Below, in pieces: positions 53,765-64,000 of a stretch of DNA of 64,000 nt. The notes under the pieces are model-generated. The model saw nothing but the letters and a program-made list of their open reading frames with translations, was not told where the DNA came from and did not search any database. The stretch spans positions 9,362,001-9,426,000 of the forward strand of contig CM060733.1 of NCBI GenBank assembly GCA_030704615.1. Direction: 5' to 3'. A program made the translations under genes and the position numbers. Numbering within the stretch: the stretch's first letter is position 1; every line of letters starts with the position of its first letter. This stretch comes from Takakia lepidozioides (Eukaryota; Plantae; Bryophyta).

Positions 53765-54417
53765 CATGAACTATGTAATGTGGTATGTGGATGACCATGA
53801 TTTGAAATGTGTAATTCACATCAATTCGTCGGCTGTGCAATGATATGGCCTCCAACTATACGGAGTGAGGTCTGAGTGACAACTTTTAGGTAGTGCACAT
53901 TTGTCATTGCACCGTTCGAAGTCTACATGTCTTGCTGTCGCTATGCACTACAATCATCTTTTGAAGATGATCATAACTCTCATTGTTATTTGAGGAGGGA
54001 GGAAGTCTTCTCGTGGCAGCCTTTATGGCGCACACTTTGTGAGGATATTTTGTCGTCTTCGTAATTGTAAAAGTGAAACAAACATTTGTAATTGCACAAT
54101 GTTGGATGCTGCAATTGTAGGCCTCAACGCTCGTCTTGATTCTATTTAGGCAAGATTCCCTGCATTAATTCCACGGTCATAGGACCATCCACGGTTATAG
54201 GCGGCGCATGTTAATGCTGACGTGGCAGTTGACGGACAGTGCCACGTCATCATTTACCGCCACATCAGCATGCTGACATGACGCTCACGCCACGTCAGCA
54301 TGTGTGCAGGCTCACGCCACGTCAGCTGGCGTGAGCGTACGCTCACGCCACGTCACTCCTGCGTGAGCGTACGCTCGCGCGCTCACGTGCAACGCTCACG
54401 CCATTGCGTCGTTGCCC

Positions 54418-56847
54418 TTCAGTGCATCTGTTTAGAGCTCTGGCCATCTTCGACGGAACTCCGGACGTACTCGCAGCCCTTAGCATCAACAAAGTCGTAT
54501 CAGGGCCTTTGCCTCCACCCCGTCCCATCAGAAAATTGCGGTACCTGGTTTGTTGTGTAAGTGCACGCACCATGTCATCAGCAGTGGCCACATACAAGTC
54601 ACGACCTGCTTTGGTAGACTGCTGCATCCAGGCGTTGTGAACAGTCTCCGCCAAATTACAGGATGGCATGTCGGCCAAGTCCTCCAAGGACATGTCCTGC
54701 AGGAGGCATTGCATGGATATGTGAGGAACGAAAACAAATGGTAGAGGTTCTTCAAGTGACAATCGAAGAACCCCAAATGAACAGGCACGATGCAAAATTT
54801 CTGTTTTTGGGATTGAAGAGGCTTACCGTCGTCATGAAAGCTCCCCACTGTCTGTACCTGAAGTGCCAGAAAACCAACCAGTCCTCCAACTCCTTTACGT
54901 GGGTACCTGTTGCAGCACCAGAGGAGAACCACCAAGCCCGGATTTCCTGGTAAATGCTCTCAGCTTCTCCCATTGAGGTGGCATTCTTGTACTTGAGACA
55001 GAGCCTTCTGTGCTCCAACTGCAGGTCAGGGCGAATGCAGCGCTTTGTATGACGTGCCAGAGATTGAGTCCAATGGAAGAGGCATGTGCGCTCCCTATTT
55101 TCCATTGGGACCTTAGGATCCCCCGAACCAAACACGCGTCGCACTGCATTGAAATTTGTCTGTGCACTATCAGCCATGAAGCCCGCAAAATTTGTGTTTT
55201 GTATTCCATTGCGCTGCATGACGGCCAAGAGCGAATTCCACATGAGCATTTGGGATTCAGTGTCCTCCGACTGCATATCACAAATTGCTATGGAGAGCAC
55301 ACGCTGGTACGCCGGATCATACACATGACACGCCATGGTTGTCCAACCCTTCACCCGTTTGCAGTGATCAAACATTAACCAACATTTAGCCAAATCTCCT
55401 CCTGGTTGCATACGGCGGACAATGCTCACACCACTGCCTTCGCCCACAGCGGACATCTTGAACAAATACACCTTGGACGAGCCCTGGCCAGGGAAGACAC
55501 TGTTTTGAATGAATTCATAGCGACTCCTCCGCTTCAGGTCCATAATGTTGTCCATGAATCCAGCAGTGCTTGTGCCCATTCTGAGTGCATTCACCTGGTT
55601 TCGAATATTGGGAGAGCTCAACACGGAGAAATGGTCCATGACTGCATTAAGCGAATCTGCATCCAGCATAAGTTGTGTCGCATCCCCTTCACCCAGTATG
55701 TGTTTCTCCATGAATGCCTTGCTAGCTGCAAGCGCTATAGCAGAAGGTGTTGCAAAGGGGCATTGTGGAACTCCTGCTTCAGCAGATTTCTAGCGATGTC
55801 CACGCTATCCCTGCAACTTCCTTTGGACACAGGATGCTCGTGTGCACCCATATGAATGCAGGCACGAGTCATTGTCTTGCATCGGTGTGTCATCTGATAC
55901 ATACGAGCGTGGCACACAGAAACATAGGACGGGGAAAGTTTGCAGAACCTGCACACGAAAGTATTGGTCCTGGGAGGGGCAAGCCCTAGGGTGAAAGGAT
56001 TCAGGGGCACACCTTCCCACTCACTTTCGTTTGGTTGAGCGCTGTTTCTTAGGCGAGGGCAAGAAATATTCTGGCACTTACAATGCCCAACGCAGACCGA
56101 CCTCCGAAATTTCAAGCCAATGTCGTTATGGATGTTCGACGTTTTTGTCGTGCACCAAGGATGTCCGTCATGTTTCTTGTCCATGCCCTGTAAAAGCCCA
56201 GCCAGTCCAGTGGAAGAGGTGGGAGGGTTGAGCTCAAATAGGATGTCCCCATCAAACTGTGCTGGCACGTATTGAACCCGTTGCACAGGAAGGGACTCCC
56301 AATCAACAAAACGCAGCTCGCTCTTGCACCCAGGCACACCTGCGAGGGCTTTCAATTTTGGAATGACACTCGTTATCTCTTGCAATTCGTCATCATCCAA
56401 TGACGGAGTCTGCACTGGCGGAGGAATCTCAGAAACATCCTCCGAGGACGAGTCTGAAAGAGTCACGAAGGTAGTGGATGTGCTCACCTCTTGTTTCACA
56501 GGAACTGTGCCCTTCTGTTGCACGACCAATGCTGCAGTGCCAGGGGTAACGACCGATCCTGCTGATTGTCTTCTCTCTTTTCCAAGGACACGGTATGTGC
56601 CTGGAAGGACTCTCCATTTCCTTCCACACTTGCCAACCAATGGTTTCTCCAAGTGCCCAGAATCCAAATTCCCGTCCTCGTCATACACCTCTTTTTGAAC
56701 AAGGAGAGAACCCAACTCCAGCGGGAACACTGTAACCAGCTCATCCTCATGAACAACTGCAAACCCATCGTCGTCTGCAGTGGCAGTCAGTAGAAGAGTA
56801 CCTGCATTGGAATGGAATCGAGCAAGTGTATCTCGCTCCCTCGACAT
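54418..56847 (-). pseudogene. 5' part of the outer MULE transposase (frameshift near 55760; intron 54826-54697)
   Basis: ORFs 55735-56859, 54752-55711 and 54343-54795 are colinear homologues of 50254-52660, with the same intron position, and are cut at the TSD. Confidence 0.92.
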
Positions 56848-57782
56848 GTTTTCCCTCACTGAACGAAAGTTGCGGAATCCTCGAACTGATAGCCCGCAAT
56901 TACCGAAAGGGGAATTAAGACAAGCAAACCGAGGTCAACAAGGGTAGCTCCGAGGTGATGCATGCAAAGGATGTAGGGATGAGATGCACCTTCACTTCGG
57001 AAACAGCAACGCCAAGAGGCACTAACCAGAAAAACTGTTTTGAAATACTACAAGAAGCCGTGCTGTTTATGGATGAAAACAAACACTGAAAACGACATGA
57101 AACCAACCATTATGAAAAGACGGCAACAACCCTCGAGAGCAGTAAACAGGAAGACCACAAATGTCATGAGGTTGTGTTGTGCCAGAAGAGCACAGCACAA
57201 ACACTGACACTGCAGAAGATACCTCGCACGAATGCGTGGCAGACATGGTCGTATCCGACAGAACCCTTTATGCCGAATGACCCCATGGCGACGGTAACGG
57301 TAAAATGAAAACCACCAGGGTAGGCAGTACAACACACGTGGATGCATATGTGAAGCATAACAATTATTGCGGATCTGCAAGAACTGCTCGAAAATGAACT
57401 AGCATTAGATTTCTACGGCACAGCCGAATTTGAAAGAAAGCAAGAAGGCCGCGGTGTATTGGCAGGCGGCGTAGTACATCTGACATATATCGCTAGTGCA
57501 TGCAACGGATGTACTTTTTTTCTAGCGCTTTATTGCTTGGATAATACGGAGACGACGGAATGGATGAATTCCGTTCGCACACAATAACAACACCCGCATC
57601 CAAATATGGTTGACAACGTCCAATTTTGATTTTGGTCACATGCCATAGCAGCACTTGTTACAAACGTCAAACTGGAGAGCTCTAGAGGCATCGTGGGGAG
57701 CCCTTGTTTCCAGCGGAGGAGGAAGAGAAGGAAGTCACTATACTTCACGAGCTCTAGAAACAGGAATAGAGCCAGAGATAGA

Positions 57783-60700
57783 ATGAGGATGGAAAGAGTG
57801 GACGAAGAGGAAAAGGAGGTAGAAGAGGGAGTAGAGGAAAGTGTGGCGATGGAGGAGCAGGAATCAGCAGAAGAACAGCAGCCCGCCATAGTTCCAAGAA
57901 CAGATGAAGAGGACACCGCATCTGAGGGAGAGACAGACGAGATGGAAGAGGATGTTGAAGCTGGCCTCACGAGGAGTCTGCCTGCGGGAAAGAGGAAGGG
58001 GGAGAGGCTCACGTACACGCTCGGCGCAGAGAGCAGCCCGAACCGAAAAGGGTCCCCGACAATTGGGGAGTCTTCTGGAGCAGCCAAGAAAAAGGTGAAA
58101 TCTTTAAGACCCACATTTGTGTTTCGTTGCTGATATGAATATAGCCCACACAGGACATCTGCACCAAGCTGAAAGCACCACAAACTGGAAGCCCAAATAG
58201 TGTGCGGCAACGCACACTGTTTGGGCCTACCAATTTGGTTGATTGTTCAGGTGCGAAACGCCCAAACTTGGGCACTACAGCAGGTTCAATACAACCCAAA
58301 TTGCAAGCTCAATCAGAGACAGTTGAGCTGAACATTTCACTGCTGTTTCCGTCTCCATATCGGTTTTCCAGGATATGTATGTCAGGACGACAGAACCCTT
58401 CAGTGGCAGCTCAAACAGTGTGCGTTGGCGCACACTGTTTCAGCTCTACATGTCACGGTTTTGTCCGTGTTGAATTCGCCCTTTAGGGCACGTTTATGAT
58501 GACGAAATAACCATTCAGTGGCAGCTCAAACAGTGTGCGTTGGCGCACACTGTTTGAGCTGAACATGTAAGTGTTTTTTCCGATTGAAATTCGGACTTCC
58601 AGGGCAGGTTTATGATGATGAAATAACCCCTCACTGGCAGCTCAAACAGTGTGCGCCAACCCACACTGTTTTGAGCTGTGCATGTCACTGCTTTTTTGGT
58701 GTTAAATTCGGACTTCCAGGGCACGTTTATGATGATGAAATAACCATTCAGTGGCAGCTCAAACAGTGTGCGTTGGCGCACACTGTTTGAGCTGAACATG
58801 TAAGTGTTTTTTCAGATTGAAATTCCGCATTTAGGGCACGTTTCTGAGGATGAAATAATCCCTCACGGGCAGCTCAAACAGTGTGCGTTGACGCACACTG
58901 TTTGAGCTGTGCATGTCACTACTTTTTGGTGTTAAATTCGGACTTCCAGGGCACGTTTATGATGATGAAATAACCATTCAGTGGCAGCTCAAACAGTGTG
59001 CGTTGGCGCACACTGTTTGAGCTGAACATGTAAGTGTTTTTTCAGATTGAAATTCCGCATTTAGGGCACATTTTTGAGGATGAAATAACCCCTCACTGGC
59101 AGCTCAAACAGTGTGCGCCAACGCACACTGTTTGAGCTGTGCATGTCACTGCTTTTTTGGTGTTAAATTCGGACTTCCAGGGCACGTTTATGATGATGAA
59201 ATAACCATTCAGTGGCAGCTCAAACAGTGTGCGCCAACGCACACTGTTTGAGCTGAACATGTAAGTGTTTTTTCAGATTGAAATTCCGCATTTAGGGCAC
59301 GTTTCTGAGGATGAAATAATCCCTCACTGGCAGCTCAAACAGTGTGCGCCAACGCACACTGTTGAGCTGTACATGTCACTGCTTTTTTGGTGTTAAATTC
59401 GGACTTCCAGGGCACGTTTATGATGATGAAATAACCATTCAGTGGCAGCTCAAACAGTGTGCGTTGGCGCACACTGTTTGAGCTGAACATGTAAGTGTTT
59501 TTTCAGATTGAAATTCGGCATTTAGGGCACGTTTCTGAGGATGAAATAATCCCTCACTGGCAGCTCAAACAGTGTGCGCCAACGCACACTGTTTGAGCTG
59601 TGCATGTCACTGCTTTTTTGGTGTTAAATTCGGACTTCCAGGGCACGTTTATGATGATGAAATAACCATTCAGTGGCAGCTCAAACAGTGTGCGTTGGCG
59701 CACACTGTTTGAGCTGAACATGTAAGTATTTTTTCCGATTGAAATTCGGCATTTAGGGCACGTTTCTGAGGATGAAATAACCCCTCACTGGCAGCTCAAA
59801 CAGTGTGCGCCAACGCACACTGTTTGAGCTGAACATGTCACTGCTTTTTTGGTGTTAAATTCGGACTTCCAAGGCAGGTTTATGATAATGAAATAACCAT
59901 TCAGTGGCAGCTCAAACAGTGTGCGCCAACGCACACTGTTTGAGCTGAACATGTAAGTGTTTTTTCCGATTGAAATTCGGCATTTAGGGCACGTTTCTGA
60001 AGATGAAATAATCCCTCACGGGCAGCTCAAACAGTGTGCGTCAACGCACACTGTTTGAGCTGTGCATGTCACTGCTTTTTTGGTGTTAAATTCGGACTTC
60101 CAGGGCACGTTTATGATGATGAAATAACCATTCAGTGGTAGCTCAAACAGTGTGCGTTGGCGCACACTGTTTGAGCTGAACATGTAAGTGTTTTTTCAGA
60201 TTGAAATTCCGCATTTAGGGCACGTTTCTGAGGATGAAATAATCCCTCACAGGCAGCTCAAACAGTGTGCGTCAACGCACACTGTTTGAGCTGTGCATGT
60301 CACTACTTTTTGGTGTTAAATTCGGACTTCCAGGGCACGTTTATGATGATGAAATAACCATTCAGTGGCAGCTCAAACAGTGTGCGTTGGCGCACACTGT
60401 TTGAGCTGAACATGTAAGTGTTTTTTCCGATTGAAATTCGGCATTTAGGGCACGTTTCTGAGGATGAAATAATCCCTCACTGGCAGTTCAAACAGTGTGC
60501 GTCAACGCACACTGTTTGAGCCCACTTTTACATTGTCTATTTCTGTGGAATTCGGCAACATAGGACATGTCTGTGAGGGTCAATGTTCACTTACCTGGCA
60601 GCTTAAAATACTTTGCATCAACGCACACTCTTTGAGCCCACTTTTTCATGCCTAATCCGACGTTTCATGCCTCTCTAATATCAAGTTGAATGAACAACCC

Positions 60701-63700
60701 TGCAGGAGAAGATGCAAAGTGTGGCAGATGAGGTCCCTTCGGGTCAGGAGAAGGAGATAATTGTTGATGTGGACGATGAGTTCTATGAAAGCAAAGCCGC
60801 TGAGATGCTGGGGGGTCAGAAGGTAAACTCTCAGCTTGTGGTGCAAAGTATGCTTGCCCCGTGTGGGAGGTTGAAGATTCCCCTGTGTAGGTTGGTTTCC
60901 ATGCCCGTTGTTCGTACACCCCTCGTCAAGGACATTCTCAAGCTGGAGGCCGAGTTTGTGCATGGGTATTTGGATGGATCCGCAGTCTTTTATGTTTCTA
61001 CTAGGGATTCCAAAGGTAATGAGCTCCTCGTGGATCAGTCAATCGTGGACTCCTGGGACCCCATTTGGAGACAGCTGAACGAATCCTTCGAACTTCTTCT
61101 CTCCAGGAAACCTTCCACCCAGGCATTCTCGGGAAAGATGTTTCACGTTTGGGATGGGAACCACCGCTTGCTTGCATGGATGGCTGTCATTGGGAGGCTG
61201 CACTCACAGGAGGAAGAGTGGCATTACTCTGTTGATCGATGGTGCTGGATTGTGACGGGAACATGATGGGTCTTCTGACGGCAATGAATGATGTGAACAG
61301 GTTGGTTTCTCATTCTACATGTTCCACTTGTGGTTCCGTTCTTCTTTGATTGAAGACCTTGAATTTCATTCTGACTTACAGATATCATTCTGCAGAGGAA
61401 CGGAGACATCGCATGTCAAAACAAGTTTGGTTCACACATTGTATAGGATACAAAGGATAGGGCAGATGCCCTTGACCAACTTCAAGACCATCCTTTCAGC
61501 AGAGATGTACAAGAAGTGCGAAAGCTCCAAGACATCGGAAACGTGGTACTCGTTGACCCGTGAGGCTTTCATGGAGTACATGTACACGGTGAGATACATC
61601 TTCCTTCATCTGGTCTTCCATATTCCACATGTTTGTTTCTATTTGTTTCCCTTGACCTTGTGCTGATGCAACTCTCTTGCATTCCCTTGCAGCAAGACAT
61701 TGCAGATGCAGGGGAGCGTGGCAAACTGGAATACTACAGCTCTACCCCTGAGGAGAGAAGGACAGCAAAGGGGGTTGAGAGTCGCATCCAGAAAGAGATG
61801 ACCGCTACAAGAAGGACTATAATGAGTGCTTTCATGAAGCAGTTGAGAATTGCCGACCCATCATTCGGACCGCAGTTTCTCCTGGAGATAAAAAACCATT
61901 ATAACAAGCCAGACAAGCCAGAAATGGCCCAGGAGAAGTTGCACAGGCTGTCTACCGCCGTTGTGTCTCCAGAACAAAAGGTGAAGTGGCTGCAGATATG
62001 GAACTCCGATCCCACAGTTAGGGATACCCACATGTTCCCAAGGCCGGAGAAAGAGAAGAAGACCCAGCGTGTCATTCCTGTCAGTGACAATGTGCTGGAC
62101 ACCTGGCTTCACAAGGCCACTTACTGGAGCCAGGTGTGATGTCCTTCCCTGTGTCACTGTCTTTTCTCTTTTCCTGTCCTTATCTTTCTATTGCCTCTTA
62201 CATTCGCTGTGATTGCTTTTGGTTTCATTCTTGCATTTGTATTGTTTTGTAGTTGGAAGAAAGGGCCAGATCGGTTCTGCATACTCAACTGGCTGACTAT
62301 GGCATCAGTATGATAGCACCGAAGGTGTCCTTCAAAGCATACATGAGGAAATGGAGAGCCACAGTGTGGCACTCTTGTTTCTTTAGAGAGTTCAGCAAGG
62401 AGGGTGGCATCAGTCGAACAAATGAGCTGGACCAGCAAGAAAAAGGAGAGGAAGCCTGGAAACGATGCCTTTACAGGTGCACACTCTTGCACTACTTATT
62501 TGTGTTGTGGTTGCAATGTGTTGTGTGGCATACTATTTAAGGGGGTCTTCCTGGTGTGATGGAAAAGTTGCCACACAATATTTCCATTGTAAAATGAGGC
62601 TGTCTCTGTTGCTGCAGGTACATAAAGTTTGTTCTCCTGGAAGAGAATTGCCTGGACAAACATCCAGATTTCGTGGACCTGTGGCTTGTCCCTGCTGGCA
62701 ACCAGACCATGTTCACTACTGGGATCTTGCATGACTGGGCCCAGACCATCTTTCTTCTTGTGGTTGGTATTTGGATTGCCCTCCTTCTGAGACCCAGCTC
62801 CAGAGGTGTCTTTGAGGAGAGAGAATGACCGTATTGCAGCCACTGCCGCAGCAGCCGACCTCGACATTCATGAACGAAATTTGAGGACTCTTGCAGAGAA
62901 GGAGCCTCCCGCTCACGATACCCCAGGTAGAGGAAGAAAGGCAAAGGGAAAAGATGTTGCTGGTGTTGTGGGGAAGGGAAGGGGTAGAGGGAAGGTGGCA
63001 CAAGGGCAGGGAAGTGTTGCAGATATTGGCCCTGTGGAGCATGTCCAGCAGACTCCACCGCATGGTAGGGGATCCGGGAGAAAAAACAAGGGGGTGGTTG
63101 ATCCCAAGGACCCGTACCATGCAGTGGAACATCCCACGAAGGTCATTCGCCCAACCAGGTTGGAGATGGCAAACGTCGGGTTCCTTGCCATGATGGAGTC
63201 GAAGAAATCTGATTACAAGGGCGAGCCATCACCAGTGTGGGACAGGATTGTGCAGTTCCTCAGCACGGTGCGTGTTCTCTTTGGGTTCTGTGGCTTCTGT
63301 TGTTTTTGTCTGCTGTGGGCATGGATCGTTTCTAAACTTGTGAGAATTCCATTGTATTTTTGTTTGCAGGCTAAAATGACCAAATCCTGGGTGAACGGGA
63401 AGGAGAAGCCATATGCAGCCGAACTCATCATCTTGGACATCCCTGATGGGTTGGCAGTCCCGGATATCCCTCCATCGGGTGCTTGTCCGGGTTGGAATGC
63501 TTTTGATGAGCGCTACTGGCGGTGGGTTTTCTCCTTTTGCAACTTCTTCCTGTCCAATGCAGGTGTTTTGGTGCTCATCCAGTCCATCGACGGTCGGTGT
63601 CGCCGTGCACTTTCTAGCTATTTGAAAGCCTCGGGCATGAGAGTCGTGAAGACATGGAATTGTGTGAACAGCATGTACCTTACGAAGGGGGATTGCCCGG

Positions 63701-64000
63701 GAGAGATGGTGAGTTTGCCTTCTTCTTCCTCTTCTTGGTTGTTCTCCGATGGGGTTGTATAGGTTACTCGAACTCATATGTAGGGGCCCGATTTTTTTTG
63801 CTTCTTAGTTCCTTGTGGATGTCATGTTCGCAGACTCGTCTGTTTGAAGCTGTTTGTCTCGTCCGGGTGCATCCACAAACGACTCCGGCCGGCATTACCG
63901 AGTTTGCCATCACTCATGGGGCCAAGTTCATAGATGACAGGACAGATCCCCCACGGATGACAGGCATCACAACTACGTCGACAGCAACGTGTGCTTGCGA
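57783..64000 (+). pseudogene. Second ParB-MTase fusion gene (outer MULE), frameshifted and truncated by the window edge
   Basis: Exon-by-exon homologue of 44090-49398: FHVWDGNHRLLAW (60712-61266), SHVKTSLVHTLYRIQRIG, WLHKATYWSQ, CFFREFSK, AELIILDIPDG and WNCVNSMYL. Apparent frameshifts near 61236 and 62740-62800. Confidence 0.85.
58407..60640. repeat. Tandem array of ~20 units of 115-117 bp (A/B alternating, ~231-bp dimer), each with a 40-bp hairpin CAGCTCAAACAGTGTGCG-NNNN-CGCACACTGTTTGAGCTG
   Basis: Hairpins start at 58407, 58522, 58638, 58755, 58870, 58985, 59100, 59216, 59331, 59446, 59561, 59677, 59792, 59908, 60023, 60139, 60254, 60369, 60484 and 60599 (degenerate). The array lies upstream of the ParB exon within the gene. 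Confidence 0.95.

Larger units (their letters stand above)
43074..54417. mobile_element. Inner Mutator-like element, 11,344 bp, apparently intact, two divergent genes
   Basis: A 9-bp TSD TTCAGTGCA at 43065-43073 and 54418-54426. Both ends start GGG followed by GGCGTGAGC...CACGTGAGCGCG (short imperfect TIR). Removing the element restores the outer transposase frame (ALNR-CTE-GSALQ). Confidence 0.93.
41554..64000. mobile_element. Outer Mutator-like element (degenerate), extends beyond the window
   Basis: Left end GAGCGTAGCTACGGCGTGAGC resembles the inner element's termini. It carries a split transposase (-) and a divergent ParB-MTase gene (+). The right end is not in the window and the left boundary is good to a few bp. 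Confidence 0.8.

Noticed and set aside
50463-56793. Long antisense ORFs overlapping the transposases
   Set aside because: These are shadow frames of GC-balanced coding sequence with no independent motifs.
58407-60640. CRISPR array (palindromic 40-bp repeats at regular spacing)
   Set aside because: The spacers are not unique but alternate between two related sequences, there are no cas genes, and the context is a eukaryotic gene.
41945-64000. Segmental inverted duplication of a host gene pair
   Set aside because: The TSD, the terminal motifs and restoration of the split transposase frame show nested transposition of related elements.

Overview
This is eukaryotic land-plant DNA with GT-AG introns, most likely from a bryophyte or lycophyte (inferred from gene and transposon types). 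Three host genes lie on the minus strand at 18.9-33.0 kb: a divergent NAC-domain gene, a TMEM41/VTT (SNARE-associated) gene and a UBP1-associated 2-like double-RRM gene. The left flank is transposon debris: a hAT-like relic, two FCP1/NIF phosphatase-like pseudogenes (one beside an ORF with Pol II CTD-like heptads) and a young, integrase-less Ty3/Gypsy element with a 5-bp TSD. From 35 kb to the window end is a nest of mobile elements. A Ty3/Gypsy element carrying a C5-cytosine-methyltransferase-like remnant and a PHD finger is interrupted by a large Mutator-like element (MULE). A related MULE of 11.3 kb (43074-54417, 9-bp TSD TTCAGTGCA), which appears intact, has inserted into that element's transposase. 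Both MULEs carry, head-to-head with the GCM/DDE/SWIM transposase, a spliced gene fusing a ParB/Srx-like domain to a bacterial beta-class (N4C/N6A) DNA-methyltransferase-like domain. Introns of that gene hold arrays of element-specific hairpins sharing a CG-YYRR-CG core, whose loops occur in both orientations. This transposase + ParB-MTase + palindrome-array module is the best candidate for an undescribed system. All domain calls come from motif recognition by eye, not database searches.
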